A stretch of DNA of 64,000 nt from Candidatus Parcubacteria bacterium (GCA_003599755.1 QZJO01000013.1:27729-91728), one strand, 5' to 3'. Positions 46,172 to 56,501 are shown, counted from the first letter of the stretch. Translations and numbers: made by a program. The notes: generated from the sequence alone by a model not told the origin.

Positions 46172-46196
46172 TGTACTGCCGTTATACTACAGCCCG
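46172..46196 (-). pseudogene. 5' half of the split (outer) tRNA-Pro
   Basis: CGGGCTG-TAGTATAACGGCAGTACA; 46171-46190 identical to 46131-46150 of the inner tRNA. Confidence 0.8.
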
Positions 46197-46221
46197 TGTA
46201 TGCTGCTTGTGCCCCTCCGAT

Positions 46222-46410
46222 TTATCCGGCCTTTCGGTGCAAGGTCTTCAGGCAGCGCGTGCAGGCCTTCACCCGGCGGCCGGACGCCAAACGTACCCAC
46301 TGGAGGTTGGGGTACTTGCGCTCGGTTTTGGTAAGATTGTAGTGTCCGCGGAGAAGCTTCCGGGTACCGCCAATAATTGAGCTTTTGCCGCAGAGTGGAC
46401 AGGCGCGCAT
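46222..46410 (-). CDS. rpmB: 50S ribosomal protein L28
   Basis: MRACPLCGK...RKYPNLQ...VKACTRCLKT. Confidence 0.9.
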   Translation of the reverse strand: MRACPLCGKSSIIGGTRKLLRGHYNLTKTERKYPNLQWVRLASGRRVKACTRCLKTLHRKAG

Positions 46411-46452
46411 GGGATTGGGGCGATAAATACTCATTGGTTGTAGCAGACATTC

Positions 46453-47094
46453 ATGGAAAATGCAATTTCGTTTCTCTTCCCATTGGCAGTGCTGGTATTC
46501 TCCGTGGTGCTCCATGAGGTGTCTCACGGGTATGTCGCCAATGCGCTCGGGGATCCGACCGCCAAGTACGCCGGACGCTTGACGCTGAATCCGATCCCGC
46601 ACATCGATCCGGTAGGCTCCATTCTCGTGCCGTTGGCGTCCTGGTTTTTAGGAGGATTTGTCATCGGCTGGGCAAGGCCCGTGCCGTATGATCCGCGCAA
46701 TATCCGCCTCCGCAATACGGAGTTCGGCGCCGCGCTCATCGGGGCGGCGGGACCGGGCGTTAATATCGCGATCGCGTTGATATTCGGCCTCGTGATTCGG
46801 TTCACGGACTTGTGGCAAAACGCGGTTGGCGCGGCGGCATCGCCCATGCTTGAAATATTCGTGACTATTACGATCGTCAATCTATTCCTCGCGATATTCA
46901 ACCTTATACCGATTCCGCCGCTCGATGGATCAAAGGTTCTGTTCTGGCTATTGCCGGGCGAATGGTGGCAGCTCCGCCAGGCCTTAGAGCAATACGGGTT
47001 TTTCATTCTTCTCTTCTTTATATTTGCCCTATCCAATTGGATCGTGCCGATAGTGCGCGCCATTTTTGGCGCTATTACCGGCATCCCGCTCTGA
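46453..47094 (+). CDS. Site-2 protease (M50 family)
   Basis: HEVSH, GDPTAKYAGRLTLNP, AAGP, FNLIPIPPLDG. Confidence 0.94.
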   Translation: MENAISFLFPLAVLVFSVVLHEVSHGYVANALGDPTAKYAGRLTLNPIPHIDPVGSILVPLASWFLGGFVIGWARPVPYDPRNIRLRNTEFGAALIGAAGPGVNIAIALIFGLVIRFTDLWQNAVGAAASPMLEIFVTITIVNLFLAIFNLIPIPPLDGSKVLFWLLPGEWWQLRQALEQYGFFILLFFIFALSNWIVPIVRAIFGAITGIPL

Positions 47095-47100
47095 GCTGCG

Positions 47101-47129
47101 TTGACAGCCCCTGCCCTCCTCCGTATACT
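47101..47129 (+). promoter_or_regulatory. str operon promoter
   Basis: TTGACA-17 nt-TATACT, about 180 nt upstream of rpsL. Confidence 0.85.
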
Positions 47130-47308
47130 CGGAATGTTATGCGTTCGTCTGCGCGCCCGGCGGGCGAGCAGAAATGAACCTATAATTCCGTTTCATCGGG
47201 GGCAGTTACGCCTCGGAGAGCGTTCTAGCGGAGCGGATTCCCGGCATTGCTCGGCGGGCCAGTAATTCGGCTCGACGATGATGCGGGGTTTTCTCTACCT
47301 ACGATTTC

Positions 47309-47722
47309 ATGCCGACGATTCATCAACTTCTAAAACACGGGCGTGGCCGCAAGCGCGCCAAGTCCAAAGCCCCCGCCCTGGGGCGTGGTTTTAATACGAT
47401 CTACAACCGGCCGGTACAATACGCGTCGCCGTTCAAGCGCGGCGTGTGCGTTAAGGTTTCGACCATGACCCCGAAAAAGCCCAACTCCGCGCTCCGCAAG
47501 GTAGCGCGCGTGCGGCTGACCAACGGCATGGAGGTTACTGCCTATATCCCTGGCGAGAAGCATAATCTTCAGGAGCACTCGGTCGTGATTATCCGCGGCG
47601 GCCGCGTCAAAGACCTTCCGGGCGTGCGCTATCATATCGTGCGCGGCGTGTTGGACACCGGCGGCGTGGAAGGCCGGCGGCAGCAGCGCTCGAAGTACGG
47701 CGCCAAGCGACCGAAGTCATAA
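47309..47722 (+). CDS. rpsL: 30S ribosomal protein S12
   Basis: [23 protein letters not shown]. Confidence 0.98.
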   Translation: MPTIHQLLKHGRGRKRAKSKAPALGRGFNTIYNRPVQYASPFKRGVCVKVSTMTPKKPNSALRKVARVRLTNGMEVTAYIPGEKHNLQEHSVVIIRGGRVKDLPGVRYHIVRGVLDTGGVEGRRQQRSKYGAKRPKS

Positions 47723-47725
47723 CCT

Positions 47726-48193
47726 ATGCGCCGCAAACGCAATTTCGAACGCGATATCGCACCCGACCCGCGCTATGACAGCGTGTTGATCGCCAAGCTT
47801 GTTAATTCAGTCATGCAGAAAGGGAAAAAGTCCGTGGCGGAGTCGGTGATCTATGACGCGTTTGATCTGATCGCGAAAGAGACCGGCGAAGATCCATTGA
47901 TCGTATTCCAACGCGCGATGCAAAACGCGTCGCCGTTGCTGGAGATCAAGTCGCGGCGCATTGGCGGCGCGAACTACCAGGTGCCGCGCGAGGTGAATCC
48001 GAAGCGCCGCGTGGCGCTGGCATTGCGCTGGCTGATCGGCGCAGCGCGCGCCAAAACGGGCAAGCCCATGGCCGCGCGATTGGCCGAAGAAATCATGCTC
48101 GCGGCCAAAAACGAAGGCGCGGCGATCAAGCGCAAAGCCGATATGCATCGGATGGCAGAAGCCAACAAAGCATTTGCGCATTTTGCGTGGTAA
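47726..48193 (+). CDS. rpsG: 30S ribosomal protein S7
   Basis: RRIGGANYQVP, HRMAEANKAFAHF. Confidence 0.98.
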   Translation: MRRKRNFERDIAPDPRYDSVLIAKLVNSVMQKGKKSVAESVIYDAFDLIAKETGEDPLIVFQRAMQNASPLLEIKSRRIGGANYQVPREVNPKRRVALALRWLIGAARAKTGKPMAARLAEEIMLAAKNEGAAIKRKADMHRMAEANKAFAHFAW

Positions 48194-48202
48194 CTCTTCA
48201 GA

Positions 48203-48529
48203 ATGGATCTTGGGATTCGCTCGAAACATAAGATTAGGCTTGGGCTTATTATAAGTTCGCTGGTATTTGGTTTTTTATTTACCGCCTTCGCGGGAATCGT
48301 GCTGTATGCATACACACTTACTAGTGTGTTTTCCGGCGGAGAACTTATGTGCTACGGATTTTTTAGTGATGGAAGTCCATGCTCATATGTAGATATCGTA
48401 GTGCGAGGTGCAGGATTTCTCCTGGGTGGCTTCCGCGATGCGGAGTCATGGATCATACCTTTGGTTTCTGCTGGCATTTTCTATATCGCGGTAGATAATA
48501 TTTCCCGTCTGAAAGCACGCGCCGTATAG
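48203..48529 (+). CDS. Hypothetical small membrane protein inserted between rpsG and fusA
   Basis: 108 aa, two hydrophobic segments, Cys pair in the loop; AT-richer than flanks. Confidence 0.65.
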   Translation: MDLGIRSKHKIRLGLIISSLVFGFLFTAFAGIVLYAYTLTSVFSGGELMCYGFFSDGSPCSYVDIVVRGAGFLLGGFRDAESWIIPLVSAGIFYIAVDNISRLKARAV

Positions 48530-48530
48530 C

Positions 48531-50648
48531 ATGGCACGAGAATATCCACTCGAAAGAACAAGAAACATCGGGATCATCGCCCATATCGACGCCGGAAAAA
48601 CCACGGTTTCCGAGCGCATTTTGTTTTACACCGGGGTCTCGCACAAAATCGGCGAGGTGCACGAGGGCGACACGGTCATGGACTGGATGGAGCAGGAGCG
48701 GGAGCGGGGCATCACCATTACCGCGGCCGCGACCAATGCATTCTGGAAGCCGTCGTATCTTGCCGAAGCGCAGAAGACCAAAGACAACGAATACCGGATC
48801 AATCTCATCGATACCCCGGGCCACATCGATTTTACCGTCGAGGTGAAGCGCTCGCTCCGGGTGCTGGACGGCGCGGTCGTCGTGTTCGACGGCGTAGCCG
48901 GCGTCGAACCGCAATCCGAAACCAACTGGCGCTACGCGGATGATTACCGCGTGCCGCGCATCTGTTTCATCAATAAGCTCGATCGCACCGGCGCGTCGTT
49001 CGAAAAATCACTCGCTTCTATTTACGAACGGCTGACGCCCAACGCCGTGGCGCTCTCCATTCCGATCGGATCGGAAGCGGATTTCGAGGGCGTGATCGAT
49101 CTTCTGAACGAGCAAGCGGTCCGGTTCCTCGGCGAACGGGGCGAGCGGATCGAGCGAGGGCCGATTCCCGACGCATTGAAAGAAACCGCGGCCGAGTGGC
49201 GGGCCAAGATGGTGGAAAAGATTTCGGAGACCGACGACGCGCTGACCGAAAAATTCCTGAATGCCGAGGCGATCACGCCGGCTGAACTGAAGGTGGCGCT
49301 GCGCCAAGCGACTCTCGCGGCCAAGCTCGTGCCGGTGCTTGCCGGCTCGGCTTTGAAAAACAAAGGCGTGCAGCTCGTACTCGACGCGGTCGTGGATTAT
49401 CTGCCCTCGCCGCTCGACCTGCCGCCGGTCAAAGGCGTCAATCCCAAAACCGGCGCCGAAGAAGAGCGCGCGGCCAAGGATGACGCGCCGTTTGCGGCGC
49501 TTGCGTTCAAGCTGCAATCCGATCCGTTCGTCGGGCAGCTGACGTTCTTTCGCGTGTATTCGGGTACGCTCGCAGCCGGTTCGTACGTATTGAACACCAC
49601 GAAGGGTGAACAAGAGCGCGTGGGTCGGATTTTGCGATTGCACGCGAACCATCGCGAAGAATTGAAAGAGATCCAGGCCGGCAATATCGGCGCGATCGTT
49701 GGCCTCAAGATCACGCGTACCGGCGATACGCTGGCTGACCCCGACCATCCGATCGTGCTCGAACAGATCCAATTTCCCGAGCCGGTGGTGTCGCTGCGCA
49801 TCGAACCGAAAACCAAGGCCGACCAGGAAAAAATGGGCATCGCGTTGCGCCGATTGTCCGAAGAGGACCCGACGTTCCGCATCAAGGGCGATGTCGAGAC
49901 GGGCGAGACGATCATCTCGGGCATGGGCGAGCTGCACCTCGAGATCATCGTGGACCGGATGCGCCGGGAATTTTCCGTGGAAGCGAACGCCGGCCGCCCG
50001 CAGGTCGCGTACAAAGAAACCGTTAAAAAGGCGGCCGAAGCCGAAGGCAAGTACATCCGCCAGACCGGCGGCCGGGGACAATACGGCCATGTGCGGCTCC
50101 GCGTGACCCCGCAGGAACGAGGCAAGGGCTTTGAATTCGTCAATGAAATCAAGGGTGGCGTGATTCCTCAGGAATTCATCCCAGCCGTGGAAAAAGGCGT
50201 GCGCGAGGCGACTGATCGCGGGGTGCTCGCCGGCTATCCGGTCGTGGACTTGCAGGTGGCGCTCTACGACGGTTCATTCCATGACGTGGACTCGTCTGAA
50301 GCCGCGTTCAAAATCGCGGGTTCCATGGCATTCCAGGAAGGCGCACGCCGCGCGGGACTCGTACTCTTGGAGCCGATTATGCGCGTCGAAGTAGTCACGC
50401 CCGAGCAATTCCTCGGCGACGTGACCGGGGATCTGAACGCCAAGCGCGCGCGGATCCAGGCGATGAACGAGCGCGCGATGGGCGTCAAAGTCATCGAGGC
50501 CCAGGTGCCGCTTGCCGAGATGTTCGGCTACGCGACCACGCTTCGTTCGTTGACGCAGGGTCGGGCGTCATTTACGATGGAGTTCAGCCATTATGAGGAG
50601 GTCCCGTCGAACATCGCACAGACGATTGTCGCGGGGCGCACCGGGTAG
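48531..50648 (+). CDS. fusA: Elongation factor G
   Basis: [31 protein letters not shown]. Confidence 0.98.
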   Translation: MAREYPLERTRNIGIIAHIDAGKTTVSERILFYTGVSHKIGEVHEGDTVMDWMEQERERGITITAAATNAFWKPSYLAEAQKTKDNEYRINLIDTPGHIDFTVEVKRSLRVLDGAVVVFDGVAGVEPQSETNWRYADDYRVPRICFINKLDRTGASFEKSLASIYERLTPNAVALSIPIGSEADFEGVIDLLNEQAVRFLGERGERIERGPIPDALKETAAEWRAKMVEKISETDDALTEKFLNAEAITPAELKVALRQATLAAKLVPVLAGSALKNKGVQLVLDAVVDYLPSPLDLPPVKGVNPKTGAEEERAAKDDAPFAALAFKLQSDPFVGQLTFFRVYSGTLAAGSYVLNTTKGEQERVGRILRLHANHREELKEIQAGNIGAIVGLKITRTGDTLADPDHPIVLEQIQFPEPVVSLRIEPKTKADQEKMGIALRRLSEEDPTFRIKGDVETGETIISGMGELHLEIIVDRMRREFSVEANAGRPQVAYKETVKKAAEAEGKYIRQTGGRGQYGHVRLRVTPQERGKGFEFVNEIKGGVIPQEFIPAVEKGVREATDRGVLAGYPVVDLQVALYDGSFHDVDSSEAAFKIAGSMAFQEGARRAGLVLLEPIMRVEVVTPEQFLGDVTGDLNAKRARIQAMNERAMGVKVIEAQVPLAEMFGYATTLRSLTQGRASFTMEFSHYEEVPSNIAQTIVAGRTG

Positions 50649-50656
50649 TTCAGCAT

Positions 50657-50950
50657 ATGTTGGATGACCTCACCTCACTCATTCGCAACGGCGAGCGCTA
50701 CATCATCGTCGAAGGCGGCAAGCCGCGCTACGTGCTTTTGAGTTTCGATGATTATCGCGCGCTCGTGGGCGGTGCCGGCAACTCGACTGCGTCCGCACCC
50801 GCGGTCCGCGCGGACCTCGATCTGGCGAATGCCGAGCTCCAGGCGGCTCGTCAGCGTCCGAGCGCCGACATCCCGCCCGAGGCCTTGCCCATGGCCGTCG
50901 CGGCAGCGCCCGATCCCCTGAGCATCCGGCTCGAGGATCTGCCGCTTTAG
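50657..50950 (+). CDS. Hypothetical protein with Phd/YefM-like N-terminal strand pattern
   Basis: YIIVEGGKPRYVLLSFDDY; C-terminal IRLEDLPL. Confidence 0.6.
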   Translation: MLDDLTSLIRNGERYIIVEGGKPRYVLLSFDDYRALVGGAGNSTASAPAVRADLDLANAELQAARQRPSADIPPEALPMAVAAAPDPLSIRLEDLPL

Positions 50951-50965
50951 AGCATCCGGCGGCGC

Positions 50966-50994
50966 TTGACCGGTTTGCAAAGGCCTGCTACCAT
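50966..50994 (+). promoter_or_regulatory. Internal promoter for tuf
   Basis: TTGACC-17 nt-TACCAT with extended TG. Confidence 0.65.
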
Positions 50995-51087
50995 GCATCT
51001 GTTTGGTAATGGCTTGAAACCGGCTTTCGCCGGAGCTTTTATCCGGTCGTTATTCGTATCATTCATTAGCGATATTAATACTGCACT

Positions 51088-52281
51088 ATGGCAGGGAAGT
51101 TTGAACGATTGAAGCCGCACCTGAACGTCGGCACCATCGGTCACGTGGACCACGGCAAGACGACGCTGACTGCGGCCATCACCAAGTCGCTGAATCTCGC
51201 GGGATTCCAGTCCCGGGTGGAATCGGTCGACCAGATCGACAACGCGCCCGAGGAAAAGGCGCGCGGCATTACCATCGCGCTCCATCACTCGGAGTACGAG
51301 ACCGACAAGCGCCACTACGCGCACATCGACGCGCCGGGCCACGCCGACTACATCAAGAACATGATTACGGGTGCCGCTCAGATGGACGGCGCGATCCTCG
51401 TCGTATCGGCAGTGGACGGCCCGATGCCCCAGACCCGCGAACATATCCTGCTCGCGCGCCAGGTCGGCGTACCGGCTATCGTGGTTTTCTTGAACAAAGT
51501 GGACATGGTGCAGGAAAAAGAGCTTGTGGATTTGGTGGAAGCCGAAGTTCGTGAGTTGCTCAAGAAATATGAATTTCCGGGCGATACGACGCCGGTTATT
51601 CGCGGCTCGGCCTTGAAGGCGCTCGAAGCGACTTCGAAGGACGATCCGGCGGTGCAGCCGATTCTTGAATTGGCAAAAGCGCTCGATGAATTCGTGCCCG
51701 ATCCGGTGCGCGACGTCGAAAAGCCGTTTTTGATGCCGGTCGAGGACGTGTTCTCGATCGAAGGCCGCGGCACCGTGGTGACCGGCCGTATCGAACGCGG
51801 CAAAGTCAAGCTTAATGACGAAATCGAAATCATCGGCTTGAAAGACACCGCGAAGACGACGATTACCGGCATCGAGATGTTCAACAAGTCCCTGGACGAA
51901 GGCATGGCCGGCGACAATGCGGGCATCCTGCTCCGCGGTCTTAAGAAAGAAGACGTCGAGCGTGGCCAAGTGCTCGCCAAGCCCGGCTCTGTGACGCCGC
52001 ACACCGAATTCGAATCCGAGGTCTATATTCTGACCAAGGAGGAAGGCGGCCGCCACACGCCGTTTTTCGCCGGGTACAAGCCCCAATTTTACATCCGCAC
52101 CACGGACGTAACGGGCGAAGTGACCCTGCCGGCCGGAACCGAGATGGTCATGCCGGGCGATACGATTACCTTCCAAGTGAAGCTCATCCAGCCGGTCGCA
52201 CTGGAAGAGAAGCAGCGATTCGCAATCCGCGAGGGCGGCAAGACCGTCGGCGCGGGCGTCGTGACCAAAATCAACAAGTAA
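51088..52281 (+). CDS. tuf: Elongation factor Tu
   Basis: [36 protein letters not shown]. Confidence 0.99.
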   Translation: MAGKFERLKPHLNVGTIGHVDHGKTTLTAAITKSLNLAGFQSRVESVDQIDNAPEEKARGITIALHHSEYETDKRHYAHIDAPGHADYIKNMITGAAQMDGAILVVSAVDGPMPQTREHILLARQVGVPAIVVFLNKVDMVQEKELVDLVEAEVRELLKKYEFPGDTTPVIRGSALKALEATSKDDPAVQPILELAKALDEFVPDPVRDVEKPFLMPVEDVFSIEGRGTVVTGRIERGKVKLNDEIEIIGLKDTAKTTITGIEMFNKSLDEGMAGDNAGILLRGLKKEDVERGQVLAKPGSVTPHTEFESEVYILTKEEGGRHTPFFAGYKPQFYIRTTDVTGEVTLPAGTEMVMPGDTITFQVKLIQPVALEEKQRFAIREGGKTVGAGVVTKINK

Positions 52282-52360
52282 TCCCAGGATGAAGGCGCGG
52301 GCGAACCCTTGTATCGCTCGCGTCTTCGTTCCTTGAACCCGCCAGTTCTTCGAAACGAGT

Positions 52361-52693
52361 ATGGCAACCGCTGTCCGCGAAGAGGAGGTAAAGCCGCGCA
52401 TCCGGATCCGCATCCGGGCCTATGATCATAAGATCATCGATGCCTCGGTGCGTCAGATCGTGGATACTGCGCGCCGCCACGGGGCCGATGTCATCGGCCC
52501 GGTGCCATTGCCGACTGAAATCCGGAAATACACGGTGAACCGCTCGACCTTCGTCCATAAAGATGCGCGCGAGCAGTACGAAATGCGGGTGCACAAGCGC
52601 CTCGTGGACATCGTGAACCCCACGCCCAAAATCATCGACGCGCTGACGAATCTGACGCTGCCGGCCGGCGTGGATATTGAAATCAAGATGTGA
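52361..52693 (+). CDS. rpsJ: 30S ribosomal protein S10
   Basis: [27 protein letters not shown]. Confidence 0.98.
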   Translation: MATAVREEEVKPRIRIRIRAYDHKIIDASVRQIVDTARRHGADVIGPVPLPTEIRKYTVNRSTFVHKDAREQYEMRVHKRLVDIVNPTPKIIDALTNLTLPAGVDIEIKM

Positions 52694-53118
52694 GGTTTTG
52701 CCTGCCGAGGCGGAGCCGAGAGGCCCTAAAATCTTCATCCGCCGAAGCTTTGCCGGCAGGCAGGTTCAGCGGAGGCGAATTGCCAAAATGCATTCCTGCC
52801 CTTTTCTCCCAGTGCGAAGCAGTGGAGGAAAAGGGGAGTGATGCAACCGGCTCACTCCGCCCGTTGTCCCTTCGACTCGCTCCGTTCGCTCAGGGTAAGC
52901 ACCTGCAGCGCGCAAGCAGAAAGAAGGTGGGCGCCTTATTTGCAAGGCATAATCGTGATTGATTTCGTGCACCGGTAGGCACTGCGGCCAAGCGCGTATC
53001 CCAAGGCGGGCGTTGCCCGTTTTTTCTTGTCTTCATGCGCCGGCCAGCTCGCCATACCGCTCTTCCCCGGCCTCTGCATTTCTGCTACGAATGGCCGGTG
53101 GCCTGATCGATTCCATCC
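52694..53118. repeat. 425-bp rpsJ-rplC spacer packed with REP-like palindromes
   Basis: CCGCCGAAGC...CAGCGGAGGCG, TGCCGGCAGGCAGG, CCTTTTCTCC...GGAGGAAAAGG, CCCTTCGAC...GCTCAGGG. Confidence 0.6.
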
Positions 53119-53736
53119 ATGTCCAAATTCATTCTCGGCAAAAAGCTCGGTATGACCCAGGTGTTCGACGCATCGGGCGCGGTGATTCCCGCAACCCTGA
53201 TCGCGGTCGCGCCCCTTACGGTCATTCGAGTGAAAACCAAGGAGCGCGATGGCTATACCGCGGTCCAGCTTGGCTATGGCCGCCGCCGCCCGACGCGTGT
53301 CGCCAAGGCCCAGCGCGAGGAATGGAAGGATCTCGGCCCGTTTGCCGTCGTGCGCGAGGCGCGGGGCTTGAGTCAAGGCGAGCGGGCGAGCACCATCGAT
53401 ATTTCGCAGTTTGCCGAAGGCGATGAGGTTATTGTCAGCGGCGTTTCCAAAGCGAAGGGATTTGCCGGCGTGATGAAACGCCACGGATTCCACGGCGCTC
53501 CGGCGACCCACGGCACGAAACACGCGCACCGCGAACCGGGTTCCATCGGCGGCGGGGGCGGACGGGCCGGCGGCCGCGTGGTCAAAGGCATGCGCATGGC
53601 CGGCCGCATGGGCGCGGACCACGTCACGCGCCGGGGCGTACCGATCGTGAAAATCGACGCCGAGCATAACATTATCGCGGTGAAAGGCGCGGTACCCGGT
53701 CCGCGGGGCGCGCTTATCGAAATTCGCGCGGACTGA
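53119..53736 (+). CDS. rplC: 50S ribosomal protein L3
   Basis: GKKLGMTQVF, DGYTAVQLG, KGFAGVMKRH. Confidence 0.98.
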   Translation: MSKFILGKKLGMTQVFDASGAVIPATLIAVAPLTVIRVKTKERDGYTAVQLGYGRRRPTRVAKAQREEWKDLGPFAVVREARGLSQGERASTIDISQFAEGDEVIVSGVSKAKGFAGVMKRHGFHGAPATHGTKHAHREPGSIGGGGGRAGGRVVKGMRMAGRMGADHVTRRGVPIVKIDAEHNIIAVKGAVPGPRGALIEIRAD

Positions 53737-53741
53737 CATTT

Positions 53742-54401
53742 ATGAACATCGGCGTATACAACCAAGAAGGAAACCGCGTGGGCGAGATGGAATTGCCCGC
53801 CGCGTTTGCCATGCGTTGGAACGCGAATCTCGTGCATCAGGTGGTGACGAGCGAGCTCGCGAACCGCCGACCGACCGTTGCGCACACACGGGGCCGGAGC
53901 GAGGTTCGCGGCGGCGGAAAAAAACCGTGGCGCCAGAAAGGCACGGGCCGCGCGCGCCACGGGTCCATCCGATCGCCGATTTGGAAGGGCGGCGGCGTGA
54001 CCCATGGACCAACCAAAGAGCACGATTTCAAGAAAAAGATCAACCGCCGCATGGCGGCCAAGGCCCTGGCCATGGTACTGGGCGCGAAAGCCCGTGACCA
54101 CGAGCTCGTGGTGGTGGATACGCTGCAACTTGGCGCGCCCAAAACCAAGCAGGCCGCGGCGGCATTTGCCAATATCGCCAAGGGTGCCGCGATCCGCGAT
54201 TGGGGCGGCAAAAAGCCGCGCGCGCTCCTTCTCTTGCCCAAGAAGGATGAGATCGTGATTCGCGCGAGCCGGAACATTCCGTTTTTGGAACTCATGGAGG
54301 CGCGCAACGTCACCGCGCTCGATGCCCTTAACCGCAAGTACGTCGTCGCGCCCCAGGAGGCGATCGCCGTGCTCGCCGAACGCCTGAAGCGCGCCGCCTA
54401 A
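53742..54401 (+). CDS. rplD: 50S ribosomal protein L4
   Basis: GGGKKPWRQKGTGRARHGS. Confidence 0.98.
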   Translation: MNIGVYNQEGNRVGEMELPAAFAMRWNANLVHQVVTSELANRRPTVAHTRGRSEVRGGGKKPWRQKGTGRARHGSIRSPIWKGGGVTHGPTKEHDFKKKINRRMAAKALAMVLGAKARDHELVVVDTLQLGAPKTKQAAAAFANIAKGAAIRDWGGKKPRALLLLPKKDEIVIRASRNIPFLELMEARNVTALDALNRKYVVAPQEAIAVLAERLKRAA

Positions 54402-54411
54402 CCCGCGAATC

Positions 54412-54816
54412 ATGTTCAATCCGTTCAAAAAAGAAGCGAAGCTCAAGACCGAGCCGCCGACTAAAGCCCCGCGTCGCGCGGCAACGGCCGCGCCGCAAGC
54501 CGCGGCCAAGCCAGCGGCCGCGCCGCGTAGCGCGGAGGCGCGCCGGTTTATCGGCATCGTCATTGCGCCGCATGTCACGGAAAAAGCGAGCATGGCCGGC
54601 GCCCATAATTGGTATACGTTTCGCGTCCGGCCGCAGGCCACGAAAATCGAAATCCGTCGCGCTGTGGAAGAGCGCTACGGGGTTTCAGTCGAGCGCGTAC
54701 GCGTACTCAACACCCTGCCGCGCCGCATTCGACTCGGCCGTACGGAGGGCACGGTATCTGGATTCCGCAAAGCCATGGTAAAAATTGCGCCCGGCCAGAA
54801 AATCGAATTTACCTAA
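54412..54816 (+). CDS. rplW: 50S ribosomal protein L23 (Ala/Pro-rich N-terminal extension)
   Basis: PHVTEKA, YTFRV...ATKIEI, RKAMVK. Confidence 0.95.
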   Translation: MFNPFKKEAKLKTEPPTKAPRRAATAAPQAAAKPAAAPRSAEARRFIGIVIAPHVTEKASMAGAHNWYTFRVRPQATKIEIRRAVEERYGVSVERVRVLNTLPRRIRLGRTEGTVSGFRKAMVKIAPGQKIEFT

Positions 54817-54821
54817 ATTTC

Positions 54822-55643
54822 ATGAAGCGCTATCGCCCAACCAGCCCCGCGCGTCGTCAGGCCGAAATGGTCGACATGACGGACGTCACAAAGAAAGGAC
54901 CGGAAAAGTCCCTCACGGTCGGCTTTCGGCGTGGCGTAGGCCGCAATGCGCAGGGCCGCATCACGACGCGGCATAAAGGCGGCGGAGCCAAGCGCCGCTG
55001 GCGGATGATCGATTTCAATTTCGACCGCAAAGACATGCCCGCCGTGGTGGAGGCGATCGAATACGATCCGAACCGCACCGCACGCATCGCGCTCGTGCGC
55101 TACCAAGACGGCGAACGGCGCTATATTCTCGCGCCCGCCGGGCTTAAGCCGGGTGCGCGGTTCATCGTTTCTAAAACCGCGCCGATCGCGGTCGGCAACC
55201 GCTTGCCGCTTGCCGCAATTCCGGTCGGCACGTACGTTTTCAATATTGAATTGACGCCCGAGGGCGGCGGCAAACTCGTGCGTTCGGCCGGCGTAGGGGC
55301 GCAGCTTTTGGCCGTGGAGGGCGCGTATGCGCAGCTCAAGCTGCCGTCCGGCGAAATCCGTATGGTGCGGGCTGATTGCTGGGCGACGATCGGGTCGCTG
55401 TCGAACGCTGAATGGTCGCTCATGAGCTTCGGCAAGGCCGGCCGCATGCGCCACCGCGGCATCCGTCCGACGGTGCGCGGTTCGGCCATGAACCCGCGCG
55501 ACCATCCGTACGGCGGCGGTGAAGGCCGGGCCATGCGCGGAACGCGCCGTCCGAAAACCGCTTGGGGTAAAATCACCGGCGGGGTCAAAACGCGGCGCCG
55601 CAAATGGTCGGATCGATTTATCGTGCAGCGCCGCAAACGCTAA
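54822..55643 (+). CDS. rplB: 50S ribosomal protein L2
   Basis: IEYDPNR, RGSAMNPRDHPYGGGEG. Confidence 0.98.
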   Translation: MKRYRPTSPARRQAEMVDMTDVTKKGPEKSLTVGFRRGVGRNAQGRITTRHKGGGAKRRWRMIDFNFDRKDMPAVVEAIEYDPNRTARIALVRYQDGERRYILAPAGLKPGARFIVSKTAPIAVGNRLPLAAIPVGTYVFNIELTPEGGGKLVRSAGVGAQLLAVEGAYAQLKLPSGEIRMVRADCWATIGSLSNAEWSLMSFGKAGRMRHRGIRPTVRGSAMNPRDHPYGGGEGRAMRGTRRPKTAWGKITGGVKTRRRKWSDRFIVQRRKR

Positions 55644-55652
55644 CGCTATTCC

Positions 55653-55979
55653 ATGACCCGATCGCTCAAAAAAGGACCGTACGTGCACCCGAGCATCTTG
55701 AAGCACCTGGCCCGCACCAAAGCGGGGGCGGGCGTGATCAAGACCTGGGCGCGCAGCTCCCAGATTACGCCCGAAATGATCGGGCACCGCTTTGCCGTGC
55801 ACAACGGCCGGACCTTCGTCGAGTTTTCTATCTCGGAGGAAATGGTCGGCCACCGGTTGGGCGAATTCGCGCCGACTCGCAAGTTCGTCCGCCACGGCGG
55901 CCGCATGCAAAAAGAGATCGAGACCAAAGCCGCCGAAGCCCAAAAGGCCGCAACAACTGCGCCGGCCGCGGGCAAATGA
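55653..55979 (+). CDS. rpsS: 30S ribosomal protein S19
   Basis: [22 protein letters not shown]. Confidence 0.98.
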   Translation: MTRSLKKGPYVHPSILKHLARTKAGAGVIKTWARSSQITPEMIGHRFAVHNGRTFVEFSISEEMVGHRLGEFAPTRKFVRHGGRMQKEIETKAAEAQKAATTAPAAGK

Positions 55980-55991
55980 TAAGAGCCCAGT

Positions 55992-56501
55992 ATGCACATC
56001 ACCGCTGAACTCAATTATCTGCGTCTAGCGCCCCGGAAGGTGCGCTTGATTGCCGATGCCATCCGCGGCAAGCGGGTGCCGGACGCCGAGCGCACGCTCC
56101 AGTTCCTCGGCCGCCGCGCCGCGCTGCCGGTGGCGAAGCTCTTGCGTTCGGCCGTCGCCAACGCGCGCCACAATTTCCAGATTAGCGATCCGGCCACGCT
56201 GACCATCACCGAGATCCGCGTGGATCAGGGCCCGATGCTGAAGCGCATTCAGCCGCGGGCCATGGGCCGCGCGTTTCGCATCCGGAAAAAGACGAGTCAC
56301 ATCCGGATTGTGCTGGAAGCGTCCAAGGCCCCCGCGCGCCGTGCCAAAGCGAAAAGCGACATTGCCGTCGTGACCGAGGCCGATTCACGGGCCGATGCGG
56401 CCGCCGGTTCGCGCGGCCGCGATGAGCGCCCTGGCACTCCGTCCCGGCCGACGTCGCGCCAACCGTTTACCCGCCGCATATTCCGCCGCAAAGCCATATG
56501 A
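55992..56501 (+). CDS. rplV: 50S ribosomal protein L22 (C-terminal extension)
   Basis: APRKVRL, SAVANA, PRAMGRA, TSHI. Confidence 0.97.
   Translation: MHITAELNYLRLAPRKVRLIADAIRGKRVPDAERTLQFLGRRAALPVAKLLRSAVANARHNFQISDPATLTITEIRVDQGPMLKRIQPRAMGRAFRIRKKTSHIRIVLEASKAPARRAKAKSDIAVVTEADSRADAAAGSRGRDERPGTPSRPTSRQPFTRRIFRRKAI

Noticed and set aside
46131-46190. 20-bp direct repeat with a 20-nt spacer resembling a mini-CRISPR
   Set aside because: Only two units, both are tRNA D-arm sequence, and there are no cas genes
45932-46196. tmRNA or a group I intron-containing tRNA
   Set aside because: The acceptor has Pro identity (C1-G72, A73) rather than the Ala G3-U70 pair, no tag ORF is evident, and no group I core elements were recognisable; the insert is largely a tRNA plus hairpins
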